A DNA stretch of 64,000 nucleotides from Eledone cirrhosa (taxonomy: Eukaryota). Below are positions 12,019 to 26,833 of this stretch, one piece after another; the first letter of the stretch is position 1, and each line of letters starts with the position of its first letter. Under the pieces are notes generated by a model that was not told the origin of the DNA, searched no databases, and was given only the letters and a program-made list of their open reading frames with translations. The stretch lies in NCBI GenBank assembly GCA_964016885.1, contig OZ024749.1, positions 25,482,001 through 25,546,000 on the forward strand, in the 5' to 3' direction. A program made the translations under genes and the position numbers.

Positions 12019-12929
12019 GGAGGAAGGTATAGTTCACTTGAAGCATTGTGTAATGAGGTATAAACGTTTGTATATGTATTTACTCGGGTAAAAGTATAAG
12101 GAAAAAAATGAAATCCAAAATGCAACTGGAGATTTTTTAAGAAAATTTATTTGCATCCTTTACCGGCTTCACAGTTCTTATACTTTTCAAAAGTAGAATT
12201 GAGATGGAGTGTTTGTGGATTTTCTCACATATATATATATGTGTGTGTGTGTGTGCGTGTGTATGTGTGTGTGCGTGTATGTGTGTGCGTATGAGTGTGT
12301 GTGTGTGTGTGTGTCTATATATACATATATGAACAAGAAGTGTAAGTCAACTGGATAAAATTAGCTTCGTTTATTCATATTCGCTGCTAATTTATACATT
12401 CTTAAATTTATAAATTTAATTTATAATAAATTGGAGTGAAATAGGTGGTGCGTGTGTTTCTTATTGGCAACATGACCGTCCCAAAGCATAACAATATCGG
12501 TTTCAACACACGTTTTAAGATAAAGAATCTTGCTAAACAAATTCAGAAACGAAATATATATATATAAATATATATACATACATGTTTTGTGTATATTTCT
12601 GTTGGTACTAAAAATATTCGACGCTAAGATGTCAAATAAACCAAAATTTTCAATTTTCCTGATAATGTTATCAAAGAACAAATAGAGAGAGCTAATGGAA
12701 TCACCTTCAAAGAACTCAAATGACTCGATATTGGTAAATTATTGATTTCTAGCACTTTATTGTATTATAGCAGGATTTGACTTTCTTTTGTATCTCATTC
12801 ATTATAGATTCCTGAGGCACTGACACACACATATATGCACCGAACACATTCTTCAGACACGCACACACGCTGCTTTATGTATCTATATGTATACACACAC
12901 ACACACATATTTATATATCTATATGTATA

Positions 12930-13036
<107 letters not shown>

Positions 13037-13037
13037 T

Positions 13038-13163
<126 letters not shown>

Positions 13164-13213
13164 TATACATATATATGTATTCATATATATATATATATAT
13201 AATGTATAATATA

Positions 13214-13265
<52 letters not shown>

Positions 13266-13358
13266 CTTGTATGTATATATATATATTTGTATATGTAAAT
13301 ATATCTATCTATCTATCTATATATATATACATATATATATATATATTTGTATATGTAA

Positions 13359-13401
<43 letters not shown>

Positions 13402-13523
13402 CAATACGAGAAGAAAACTCTATGTAAATGTATATATTTTTTTACATGCATATACAGACACACACATGCACACACACATATATATATAGATGTGTTTGTG
13501 TGTGTGCTTATATATCAATACAA

Positions 13524-13597
<74 letters not shown>

Positions 13598-13896
13598 GTG
13601 TGTGTTTTCATGTCTAAATATGTGTGTTTTTGTTTGAACTTCTGACGCACACACGTATATTTAGAGCTATCAATATTTTCATATCTTCGTGAAATCGAGG
13701 CAGTTTTTAACGTTACAATATAGAAACTCTGTACGTCCATTAAGGCAACATTAAGGATTCATTATGATTCATAAAATTCTCTACAAATAATAGAAATTCG
13801 CAGGTGTATTTCTCTGATAATATACTTATGAAATTAAGAAAGGTATAATTTATTATTTGTATTATTATTACATTTTATGGTAATAATTACGAGAGA

Positions 13897-13967
13897 AAGA
13901 AGAAGAAGAAGAAGAAGAAGAAGAAGAAGAAGAAGAAGAAGAAGAAGAAGAAGAAGAAGAAGAAGAA
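13897..13967. repeat. (GAA)n microsatellite
   Basis: Direct reading. Confidence 0.95.
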
Positions 13968-14332
13968 TGAAAACTCCTTAACAATGGAGTGTCTTCACAA
14001 TAATAGATATGATACTTACTAATTAATTTTTTAGAAGCATAATTATTTATACTTTGTATATTTTATTATTCATTTTATGGCTTTTCTTTTTCCCTTAATT
14101 ATTTTTTTTATTTCCACCTTCATCTGTTTCGCGATCTGTAATTTCTGATGGTGGGTTTTGAAATTAATTCAAGAATTAAATTATTAAATTAATTGTTTTG
14201 GTCAATAATTGCTTTTTGTAAAACACACGAGAAATTCAAAACAACAGAAACAGCTCTTCTGTAATTTTTTACTAGTATTTTATATAATTTATATATTTTG
14301 GATGGTGATTAGTAAATGAATGACATCTGTGA

Positions 14333-14374
<42 letters not shown>

Positions 14375-14381
14375 AAATGTA

Positions 14382-14426
<45 letters not shown>

Positions 14427-14586
14427 ATATACATATGTATATATACACACACACAGACATATATATATATATATATATATATGCATGTATATACACACGC
14501 ATATATATATAAATATATACGAGCATAGTCACATACGTACTTACATGTATAAATACATGCATACATACACATACACACACACACAT

Positions 14587-14644
<58 letters not shown>

Positions 14645-15340
14645 TAAAATAACAGATTATATATTTATCCTTATATATATATATATTTGTGCGTGTGTGT
14701 GTTTATAATGGAGAGAAGCTTTCGTCTGGATGTTTTCATTAATATTATTAATAATATGGGATCCAGCGACATCAGGGCACCTTGGTGACGTCATTTTCTA
14801 TAATGGTTCTTTTGCTCAGTGGATCTGATGTTGCTGTTTGGCTGAATGTGGCTTCATTTGATTGTTCTACTGTTGGAGGTAGTTTTTTTTACGGAATGAG
14901 TGAGAAGATATTTATAGACTACGACAGAAAGAGATAGTTTGATTGATGTACGTTTAGAAGATTATATGTAGAATAGAGAATGTGGGGCCGACGGAAAAGA
15001 GGCAGGTATAAGGGAGATAATTTGGGACAAGTGATTGTAATTTGAGAGAAATATAGAAAGCAAATAAATGAAAATTAAAAAAATAAATTATGGAAGATGA
15101 ACGTGAAACTCTCGTGTTTGTCTGACGATCCAGGTTATGCAACAACAACAGCAAATTCCAATAAAAAAATATTTAAGCCGACTATTAGTCTAGAGAAACG
15201 ATAAAGGGGAGATGATTTAGTGAAATGAGAGAAATAAATTAACAAGACACACCGATGATTTTTAGCATATTTCTCCGACACGCCATTTTCTTTAATATGA
15301 GATTATACTCTCTCTCTCTCTGTATATATATATATATATA

Positions 15341-15386
<46 letters not shown>

Positions 15387-16028
15387 ATATTAGTGTGTGT
15401 GAGCGGGCGTTTGTTTGTGCGTGTGTGTGTACGTTTGATTGTGTGTCTATGAATCTGCGACTGTGCTTAAAATAACTCAACATATAATACGAATCTCGGG
15501 AGAAGAATTTCATACAATGATGACATATTAGTTTAACGCCTTGTATATTAATACTACCGCGTTAACGTGTCTGTTGACGGTCCTTCATTGGAATATAGAA
15601 TGAGAATTAGAACGAGGGATAGAAAGAAAGAGACGGGATACAGAGAGAGTGAGAGAGATTGAGAGAAAGATAGAGATGTGTGGAAGAGGAAATAGAAGGA
15701 TGAACGTGGAAAGAAAAATAAGAGAGAGAGGAAAATGTATTTTGGGGTGAGGCAAAGTCGGGTGTAATATAGTGTCAAACTGTAGCCTTTTCTTTCTCTT
15801 CGGATCTATCCAATAATCTATATCATTATATACATGTCTGATCCTTACTTTCTCTAACATTCTCTCTCTCACTATTCCTCACATTCTCCCCCCCCCTATC
15901 CCTCGCTCTTTATCTTAATATTTCACTTCATGAATGTCTCAATCGTGCTATTGCTCCTTATCCCCAGTCCTCTCGCTAAAACTTTCTCACACACTCTCAA
16001 ATCCCTCACTTCTAATCGCCAATATCTA

Positions 16029-16123
<95 letters not shown>

Positions 16124-16269
16124 TTCGTTTCTGAATGTGTGCATCAAGATTCTTTATCTGAAAACGTGTGTTGAAACTGATATTGTTATACTTTGGGACA
16201 CACACACAGAAACAAAATGGCGTAGGACAGAACAAAGGAGAGGCACAAAAACAAAGAAAAGAATCCCCA

Positions 16270-16312
16270 GTCACTGAAGAGGTCACAGAATGTGTGACGA
16301 AAGAACTTTGAC
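16270..16312 (+). ncRNA. Minimal type-I hammerhead within pLTR-like repeat 16120-16465
   Basis: GTCA-CTGAAGA-G-GTCAC agaatgt GTGAC-GAAA-GAAC-TT-TGAC. Confidence 0.8.
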
Positions 16313-16461
16313 AATATATAAACAACTATCTGGTTGTGGGGCCAACCAACCAACATGAAATTTATAAATTCCTAAATTTATAAATTTATTATAATAAATT
16401 GAAGTGAAAGCATCTGGTGCGTGTGTTTCTTATTGGCAACATCACCCTCCCAAAGTATAAC

Positions 16462-16513
<52 letters not shown>

Positions 16514-17340
16514 TGTATGTATATCGATCTTTCAATATATAGTCATATGTATTTATATATGTATATCTATGTGTGTATGCGTGTGGATAGACAAGTGGGT
16601 GCAATTTCAAACGTTATGTTTGCATAAAGAATGAGAAAATGATACGTTGAGTAATTGTTGAAAACTTTGAAAATAAAACCCATCTCAATGCACACAGATT
16701 ATAAGGTATAAGAAACACACAGACATACACACATAAACATGCACACAACCATAAACATACACATATATATAAACACACACACATACATGCACACAACCAT
16801 GAACAAAGACATATATACACACATACACACAGACAAAACACACGACCGTAATTATTATTTTCTGACAATATTAACATCACCTTTATTGGTTGAGTTAACT
16901 GATATTATGTGTACAGTTAGGTATTGGAATGATGTAAAATAAATTCTGTAAAGAGAAGCCATGTTGCCTAATAGTGTTTCCTTTTTAAAGGTTGTTAAAA
17001 TTGCTCCGCTTTAGAAATCCGACAGTGAATAGAGCAATGAATACACCATAATAGGATGCAACATGCATCCTTCTACTGTCAAAATAACTGTAAAATTGAT
17101 GCATAGCCTTTACAGTTAGGAATGTTTTAAATTAATATAATTATATTACATTATTCTCTCGAACGTTCTATCGTCTGCTTCTAGCAATCTTTCTTTACAG
17201 ACCTTATTCCTCCATCGCACCACAGTCAATCCTCCACCACTACAACCTTTCTATTTCTCTCTGAATCTTCCAATTATTTCATATCATTACTTGAATATTT
17301 GATCGTTATTTCCTCATCTCCTTGCATTTATTCATGTTTT

Positions 17341-17395
<55 letters not shown>

Positions 17396-17994
17396 CTCTA
17401 TATATCTTTATATCTTTATATCACCCTCTCTACTCTCTATCTCTTACTCTGTTTCTGTCTCTCTTTCTCATCCTCTCTCACTATAACTCTCACTCTTTCT
17501 TACATCATCTCATTCTCTCACTTCACCACTCTATCGCTCCTAGCCTTACTTCTTTCACTAAATGTGTATCCTCCCCCCCCCTTTTTTTCTCTGTTTCTCT
17601 ATCTCTTTCTATTTATCTCTCTTTCTCTTTGACATATATGTTCCTCTGTAAATTTTAACGCATTTCTTTCAACTCGTCTCTACTTTCCTCTCTCTCTCTC
17701 TCGTTCTCTCTCTCCACCTCCCTCAATTTCTCTCACATACACATCCTCTCAGAGTCCTCTCTCACACACGTCCTTTTAGATTCGATTTCCCCTCACCTTC
17801 CACTCTCTCTCTTTCAACTCTCTCTCTCTCCCTATATATATATATACGTACAATCTCTGAATAACTACACACACAATCTCGCTTTCTCTGTCCCTCTCCC
17901 TATCTATGCAGCATCTTACAACGGCTTAAAATATCCACATTTGCCTAAACAATTAAGTATTCATCGAGGTTACGATGGAGAAACATACAGTCTG

Positions 17995-18318
17995 CCATTG
18001 TGAATTGGGAGAATTGGTAGAGGGTCGGACATGCTTTCCAGCATAATTACATCGCTTTACGAAATAAGTTCAAATCCCGCCGAGGTTGACTTTGCCTTTC
18101 ATTCTTACGAGGTCGATAAAATAAAGTACCAGTAATGTATTGTGTATTTACTGGCCTTGTGCCAAAAGTAGAAAAAATTATTAAAATGTCGGGCAGTAGA
18201 TTGGCAGTATCGGTAGAGGGTTAGCTTTGCCTTTCATCCTTACGGCGTCGATAAAATAAAGTCACAAGTCACACAAGGGGATAATTGCTGGCCTTGTTCA
18301 AAATGTAGAAACAATTTT
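17995..18318 (+). mobile_element. Two tandem tRNA-derived SINE copies
   Basis: B-box GTTCAAATCCC plus conserved body CTTTGCCTTTCATCCTTACGGGGTCGATAAAATAAAGTACCAG, resembling the MetaSINE central domain; more copies at 31610-31700 and 61580-61678. Confidence 0.8.
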
Positions 18319-18507
18319 TAAAACGTACGTATACATCTATACATTTATTAAAACTATCAACGGTTCATACATATTTCTGTCGTCATCATCAAAATTGTCT
18401 TAACAACTAAATATGAGGAAGAAAGATATCGTCCGCCATCATTGTGTGTGTATATATATATATAAATGTGTGTGTGCGTGTATGTGTATGTATATATATA
18501 TATATAT

Positions 18508-19161
<654 letters not shown>

Positions 19162-19494
19162 TCATATATATATATTTATGTATGTATATATATACAATCA
19201 TATATATATATGAGTGTACATATATATGTACATTTATATATATATATACACACTGCGTGAGTGTGTATATCTAGGTATGTATATTAAACCTATCAACGGA
19301 ACATAATTATTTCTGTGCTGTCTACATCACAATTAAATATTATTGTCATATTTCCGTTCTATAGCTACATTAAAGTCACTCTCATATAATTATTGATGTT
19401 TCATGAATACACACATATACACTCACATAGATACACACACATACACACGCACACACACACATACACACCCATATATATGTATATATATATATAT

Positions 19495-19821
19495 GGAAAG
19501 TTATATTTAAATTGTTGGGTTACAACTAGTAAATATTTATAACTGATATAAAAGCACTCGACAAGTATTTGGAGTATATTTACGATATTAAATAAATGGA
19601 AACTATATTTATAAAACCATATTTATTTCATTATATATATTTCAGGGATATCATATTAACAATATGCTATGCCTTCCTCAGACAAAATACAATATAGACA
19701 GTTTTATAAATAAATAGATTTGACATACCGTTCAACATCGACTTGTATTTGAAAAGTTGATTTGTATATATAATGAAATAAAGATGGTTTTATAAATATA
19801 GTTTCCATTTATTTAATATCG

Positions 19822-19824
<3 letters not shown>
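19495..19824 (-). mobile_element. pLTR-like fold-back, family F, with hammerhead at 19624-19689
   Basis: Minus strand: TATTTTGT-CTGAGGA-AG...CT-GAAA-TATATA-TA-ATGAAATA; an inverted partial copy ends at about 19824. Confidence 0.7.
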
Positions 19825-19856
<32 letters not shown>

Positions 19857-19920
19857 AATATGTGTATGAATGTATTTATGTGTGTATGTATGTATATACG
19901 TACATATATATGTGTATATG

Positions 19921-19969
<49 letters not shown>

Positions 19970-19972
<3 letters not shown>

Positions 19973-20240
19973 CAGCTCAAAAGTGACACAGAGGAGACTG
20001 AGGTTAGCTGGACATGCTCACCGACATCCAGAGTTGACATTGCACTCAGTGCTCCTGTGGGAGCCCCTACATGGAGACACTGGAAGAGGAAGACCAAGGT
20101 TAACGTATGTTGATGCCCTAAGGACAGACGCTGGTCTGTTGGAGACGCAGTACATGGCAGCGATAATGAGGGACAGAGACAGCTGGAGAGAACTCGTCCA
20201 TGGATCTCGGGAATTTTACCCGCCCTAGATAGATAGACAT
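19970..20240 (+). mobile_element. RTE-clade LINE 3' fragment (end of the RT ORF plus TAGA tail)
   Basis: RRLRLAGH...[20 protein letters not shown]...MRDRDSWR is the typical RTE C-terminus; stop at 20228. Confidence 0.88.
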
Positions 20241-20290
20241 ATAGTTAAAGAATGCAGAGTAACATGTTTACAGTAAGAGCTTTATTTAAA

Positions 20291-20401
20291 GTACTGACAA
20301 TTGTTTCGTTGATCATGTGAGTCTAGACTTCACTAATTGCTTGAGGTTGCGTCATTCGATCTCCAATACATTATTTACCTCTGGTCAACACATCAGAGTA
20401 C
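20291..20401 (-). ncRNA. Type-I hammerhead with a stem II insert of about 70 nt, within fold-back 20242-20706
   Basis: Minus strand: GTACT-CTGATGT-GTTGA...TCAAC-GAAA-CAATTG-TC-AGTAC; one core substitution at A9. Confidence 0.75.
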
Positions 20402-21574
20402 AAAAATAATGTATTGGAGTTCGAATGACGCAACTTCAAGTGATTAGCGAACTCTAGACTCACATGATCAACGAAACAATTGTCAGTACTTTAAATAAAG
20501 CCCCTTATAGTACAGCAAACCATGTTACTCTTCATTCTTTAACTATTATTACTGCAAGTATCACCTGCATAGAAATTACCGCGAACTCGCTGCTTAACTA
20601 TGGAAGCATGTTGTTGAGTCAAACAAAGCCGTACGTTAAAACTATCCACGACGTGGAGTACTCACAACCTGTAACTGGATTACCTATAACGATAACTTGT
20701 TATCCCATATATTATATATATATATAATATACATATATGTGTATTTGTGTATGAATTTATATATATAATATATATATATATGTATATAATATATATATAT
20801 ATATGTATACATCTGTCGAGAGCTTTATACGATTTGTGATATTTTGCATTCTCGCAATAATACACAATTGAATCATTCGCTTAATAGAGGTGTTACCTCC
20901 CTTGCTGAATCCCACGAGGGGTCAGTAATAGCTACACTATCTATTGCATATTGGAGCAAAATCCGTTGAAAACACGACTGCCTTGTTCATCATCTCACCA
21001 GAAGCCCAACATTCTTTATGTAGGCGGACAGTATCTGATTTGAAGTCGCAGAAACCAATACTGGATTTTACCATCAGTCCAGGGTCCGGGAAAGTATCAA
21101 CACATATATTTTTATTGTTTGACCCGAATTACTTGGTCGTTTTGATTTTGGTTGTGCGGATGATATGTTTAACCATCATCTCAGTGTGTTTGGCGCTTAA
21201 CGTATGTTGTAGCTCTGATTCATATGATTCATCGAGCGCTTGCCACACATATCGGACGTTGATTTTCGTTAATTCCTGAGCTGAAAACGATTCTCGCTAA
21301 TTTATATTTGTATATGTATACATATATATATATATTTATATACATATATATATATATATAAACATCTCTATATATATGTATATATATATATATATATACG
21401 TACATATCTTTATATATATGTACATGTGTATATATATATGTGTGTGTGTGTATATATATGAATATATGTATTTATATATCCCTTCCATATACTGTACCGA
21501 TTGTGTTGTTATCTCTGTTTACATTTTACATACATATATATATGTATATATTTATATGTATATATGTATATGTA

Positions 21575-21673
<99 letters not shown>

Positions 21674-21688
21674 GTATATGTATATATG

Positions 21689-21734
<46 letters not shown>

Positions 21735-21736
<2 letters not shown>

Positions 21737-22020
21737 AAAGTTCTATTTAAATTGTTGAGATACAACAAGCAAATATTTTTATAACTGATATAAAGCACTC
21801 AACAAATATTTGGAGTAAAAATAAGATATTAAAAAATAGAAACTATATTTATAAAACCATATTTATTTCGTTATACATATTTCAAGGACACCAAGTTAAA
21901 TTATGGTGTGCTTTCATCAGATAACACATAATATAGATCAGTTTTACAAATAAATATTGACATACCCTTAAAGAATGCAACCATTACTGTTGGAAGCTCC
22001 CGGATAGTGGAGTTGTAGCT
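21735..22020 (-). mobile_element. pLTR-like repeat, family F, with hammerhead at about 21868-21924
   Basis: Minus strand: CTGATGA-AAG c ACACCA...TGGTGT c CTT-GAAA-TATGTA-TA. Confidence 0.7.
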
Positions 22021-22994
22021 TAATTATATTATTGGTATTGGATATTTTTAAAATAAGCCGTTGGGTTACGGAGAAAGAGAAAGAGAGAGAAAGAACAGAA
22101 CAACAGAGAGAGAAAGAGGAGACATAGAAAATAAGAGAGAACGATAAACTCTAAGTCATATCTTGTTGAGTTAACTTAACAATTGAGATGAAATGAATAA
22201 ATAAAATTAGAAATGTTAATAATCATGAATGGAATATACATATATAATATGAGAAATTTAATCATTGTTTAAATATGATTAGATGTTTAGTTAATCAATT
22301 AAATATTGAGATCAATATATTAAAAAATTGGGATTTATATATTAAGAAATCCATATATTATTAAAGATCTAAATATTATATAACACGTATACGCACGCAA
22401 AAATACATACATATAAATATATATACACACTTATAATACATATATATATCTAACTACGTATATAATATATACATACAAAACATAAAGGATTCTTTAATTT
22501 AATTTAAGATATAGGAATCTTATAAACTGTTAGAATTGTTAAGATATTAAACAACATTTTTTTATATAAGTTTTATAAGATTACCTGTTATGTATTTATG
22601 GCTGTTATTATATGTATATCTGTCACGAATCTTGAGATAATCACTATACATAAGTGCAATCGAATTGTATGGATATACACGCACATGTACATACACAATT
22701 CCCACATATTCATACATACATGTACCCTCACAAATGGGTAGATACGCATCACGTATATATATACACACAGATAGACATATACGCATAAAACATATGTACA
22801 TATATGTCAATACACACATATACATATATACACACATATAGAGAGAGGTATATATAAATACAGTACATAGTATAATTGAGTACCTAAAATACAAAAGAAT
22901 TATATTACGATTTGGAAATATATGAAGCCAGGCCTGTGCCTGAACCTGTTTTAAGTGAGACATACGTACATACATGTATAGGTATATGCATACA

Positions 22995-23200
22995 TGATGG
23001 CTGCCCTCTCGATATCGTATATGGCCATTGCATAATATATCATTATTAATAATTACCAAAAACTGCTATCGTGCAATTCCTGTGCATGAAGATTCTTTTT
23101 TAAGTGAGGAAAGACTTGCACTGGGCCAATCCCACTGTCTGAGCAACAGAAGATATAACCCAATAAGAACCAAAGATCAACACCATCGGTAACTACTGAG
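22995..23200 (-). mobile_element. 3' fragment of RTE-related family G
   Basis: Reverse complement of about 25335-25545. Confidence 0.6.
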
Positions 23201-23739
23201 CATCCATAATACATCCATACGTAATACATATCACTATATCTCAATGAAATCATTTGCCTTCGTAGAATATAAGTGATTCAGTGCTTCGGTGTTGATTTAA
23301 TTCTATATTGTTGCTTTGGGGTTCATCCTTGTTCACCTCATCCACAGTCACCAATATGAATGTGCCTCTGTGTGCGTCTGTGTGTTTCTTTGTATGTGTG
23401 GGTTTGTGAGTTTGTGTCTGTGTCAGACGATCATATCGCATTGGTTTGCAGGTTCAATCCAATGTTCACTCATAATATATGGTTCGAGGTGAGGCTATCA
23501 AAAATATTATGTGCCAAACCTACCACGCAGTAGAAAGGAATACGATATCTAATGATTGTAATGGGAACAACTTAAACAGTCGGATATGTTGGATGCAGCT
23601 AAAGATAAATGTCATGCAAAAGGGATGTGGAACAAAAGAGATAGGGGACAAACATGAATATAGATACCCATTATACACACACACACTAACACATACACAT
23701 GTATATATATATATAAATATATATATACATATATATAGA

Positions 23740-24765
23740 ATTAACAGGAATCAAAGTTATGTTCAAACCATTTATTAGCTTACAATTGTTTCATCCAAAC
23801 CGAGGGTTGCAGTCTTCGGAGCATTTTTCAATGTTTGTATACAAACGTGACATCCTTTCCAACGCAAGAGAGATACAGATACATAAGTATATATTGATGC
23901 ACAGTGGGGTGACATATCTTATTTCTGAATGGCAATTTAAATTCAAAAATTAAAATCATATTAAAACAGAATCAAAGCAAAATTAAAATTAAAATACAAC
24001 ATCGGCAGTTAACGTAGATAATGCAAGAGGATAGTTTGTTAGACAGTTGTAGTAGTTAGTGTATGCATTAGTTACACGTAGGGCATGCACGTGTGTCTTG
24101 TTTATATATGATTATTGTGCGGCAGGGTGTTATATTCAATACAAGCACTTTAAGCGGGTAATCAAGAGTATTATGGAGGTGTAGTGGTAAGGTATATTTT
24201 GTGTATGTTAAAGAAGCTTGTGTGCATAGAAATAGTATAAATGAGAAGCAAAATAATGTTATGGTTTTTGTATACACCACCATTTTAACAATTCAGGAGA
24301 CGTACTATATAGTTTATATGTCCTTCACATAATTAACGATGATTCCGTATTGGATGTTTGATGTATTAAGTTAAATTATTATAGCGTGTTGCGGCTCAGT
24401 GTTCTTTAATCCAATTTAATAGAGCAGGTCGTTTCTGTTGCAACAATTTACATCGTTTTATTATCCGGAAGTATGTGTGTGATTAAGGGGAGATAATGCG
24501 AGACGGGAGGTAACTAGCTGATTTCTATAACTAAATTTATTATTCCAACATACATTAAAAGGTGACTCAATTGAGTCCCTTATATATACGGTTATATACA
24601 GTTTCCAAATTTAAGTATCCTATCTTTAATCACAGTCTACTCTATCAGGAAGTACTAAATGTATCTATATTAGGATGATTACTCTCTATCATAGAGTGCT
24701 ACAACTGAATATTCCATACGAAGAGTCAGATCTACATATCAAAGTTCTTTGTAAATGTAGTATAC
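23740..24765 (-). mobile_element. PLE 3' remnant: pLTR with CCGAAGA hammerhead (23778-23822), 3' UTR and a possible decayed endonuclease
   Basis: GCT-CCGAAGA...GAAA-CAATTG-TA-AGC; first 360 bp homologous to 40740-41095; weak NNKFSYRNQLVTSRLA..LNHTH peptide at about 24470-24545. Confidence 0.55.
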
Positions 24766-24778
24766 TATATATATATAT

Positions 24779-24894
<116 letters not shown>

Positions 24895-24977
24895 AAATAC
24901 ATATCGCTCAGACATATAAATAATTATTCTTATGCATATACTCATCTGGTTAACGCCTGATTTCGTTGCTAGCAAGG

Positions 24978-25016
<39 letters not shown>

Positions 25017-25019
<3 letters not shown>

Positions 25020-25545
25020 GGGTCACTCTTGAGTGCTACTGGTAACATGTAACCCAGTACAACCTGTCGCTGGTCGGGTCGTCGGCGACTAAACCGGCAA
25101 GTTTGCTTGGTGAGGAGGGTGATTTGGGACACCCTGCAGGACAAAAAACAAGACCTGACAAAGGGCGCAAGAACTCATAAGAGTCAACGGCCATCCAAAA
25201 CTGTGTAAATATATATATACACATGTACCGCGCGGTTAAACCACTGGGAGTGAAGGACCCCTAGCTTTTGTCAGGGCAGTCTTCTAGGAGAAGGCAACTC
25301 AGGTAACTGGGAAAACTCCGATATAAAACCTGCGGCTCAGTAATTACTGATGATGTTGATCTTTTATTCTTTTCGGGTTATAGCTACTGTCGCCCATAGA
25401 GTGGGATTGGCTCAGTGCAGAGTCTTTCCTCACTTTAAAAAATATCTTCACGCAAAGGCATTGCACGATAGAATTAATTAATAATTATTAATAATGGCAT
25501 ATCGTGCAATAACCATACTCGATAACAAGGGGGCAGCCATCATCA
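25017..25545 (+). mobile_element. Non-autonomous RTE-related retroelement, family G
   Basis: Homologous to 34464-35060; shares the 5' head, CTAGGAGAAGG motif and GGCAGCCA(T/C)CAT 3' end with family H. Confidence 0.65.
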
Positions 25546-25599
25546 TATATATGTATATAAATATATATATACAGCGATGGCAACATGAATGAACATGTT

Positions 25600-25795
25600 A
25601 TTTTTCTCTAAAAATATTTTATTCCGATTCCGCCGCGCTGGTCCCTTCAATCTATCTTATTTCTCATTCTCTTTTCTGATGAAGAACTAGCGTCCGAAGG
25701 TTTATGACCTTCTTCCTGGTATTTCAAGCGTTAACCTGATATATTCTTTCCATATACTGTGCCGATAGTGTTGTTATTTCTGTTTACCTTTTACA
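25600..25795 (+). mobile_element. pLTR-like repeat with decayed hammerhead at about 25677-25705
   Basis: CTGATGAAGAACTAGCGTCCGAAGG; homologous to 48498-48720 (minus), 21475-21530 and 31260-31360. Confidence 0.6.
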
Positions 25796-25810
25796 TACAT
25801 ACACACACAC

Positions 25811-25917
<107 letters not shown>

Positions 25918-26027
25918 GTAATAATAATAAATTTGAAGACTAAAATCCAAAGAGGGCTCGGTAAGGTTAAATATATATCAAATATATAAGAACCCTAGAG
26001 CAAATATTTATTAAAATAACAGATTAA

Positions 26028-26078
26028 AGTTTAAGCAAATAATCGCTGCTTTCACCCTTAATGGGATCTTCTGAAACT
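26028..26078 (-). ncRNA. Type-I hammerhead, CAGAAGA core variant
   Basis: Minus strand: AGTTT-CAGAAGA-T-CCC attaa GGG-T-GAAA-GCA gcgattatt TGC-TT-AAACT. Confidence 0.7.
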
Positions 26079-26250
26079 AAAAAAATCAATCTTTGCGTAT
26101 ACTTATTCTCATCGCTCAACATAATGACATATTATCTTCGCTTTTTTCCTGTCATTGCCAGGGAACGTCTTCACGAACCAAAGTATCGTTTTCCTCCGGT
26201 TGCAAAGTTTTTCGAAATATTTACTTCTTCGTTCACAGGTCAATTTTTTT

Positions 26251-26301
26251 AGTTTCAGAAGATCCCGTTAATGGTGAAAGCAGCGATTCTTTGCTTAAAC
26301 T
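26251..26301 (+). ncRNA. Type-I hammerhead, CAGAAGA core variant (other arm of fold-back 26005-26325)
   Basis: AGTTT-CAGAAGA-TCCCGTTAATGGT-GAAA-GCA gcgattctt TGC-TT-AAACT. Confidence 0.65.
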
Positions 26302-26324
26302 TTAATCTGCTATTTTAATAAATA

Positions 26325-26478
<154 letters not shown>

Positions 26479-26516
26479 ATATCAATAAATGGAAACTATA
26501 TTTATAAAACCATATT

Positions 26517-26581
26517 TATTTCATTATACATATTTCAAGGAAACCAAATCAAATTATTGTGCGCTTTCATCAGATAAAATA
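26517..26581 (-). ncRNA. Type-I hammerhead, family F, within fold-back 26483-26820
   Basis: Minus strand: TATTTTAT-CTGATGA-AAG...CTT-GAAA-TATGTA-TA-ATGAAATA; 8-bp stem I. Confidence 0.75.
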
Positions 26582-26833
26582 TAATATAGATCGGTTTTAT
26601 AAACAAATATTGATATACCCTTAAAAGAATGCGACCATGTCTGTTGGAAGCTCCCGGATAGTGGGGTTACTCATTGTATTATTGGTCTATAATGCAAATT
26701 AGTGTCAGATAGATTTAAATCCCATACATTTAAATATAGTTTCCATTTATTAATATATTGTAATTTACTCCAAAAAATGTTTGCTTGTTTTATCCCAACA
26801 AATTAAATATAACCTCTACATATATATATATAT

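Noticed and set aside
12158-12193. Hammerhead-like CTT-TTGAAAA...GAAG-CCGG-TA-AAG on the minus strand
   Set aside because: Three core mismatches and a weak stem II; possibly a fossil but not supportable alone
14715-14775. Hammerhead-like CTGATGT..CTGGAT/ATCCAG..GAAAGCTTC on the minus strand
   Set aside because: Stem II and the palindrome look right but there is no stem I pairing; not counted
16154-16192. CTGAAAACGTGTGTTGAAAC as a hammerhead
   Set aside because: Core is incomplete and varies between copies; the family's real motif is at 16270-16312
20860-21300. Non-repetitive island with ORF 20944-21279 as an exon or transposase
   Set aside because: No recognisable protein motif in the frames I examined and no convincing splice context
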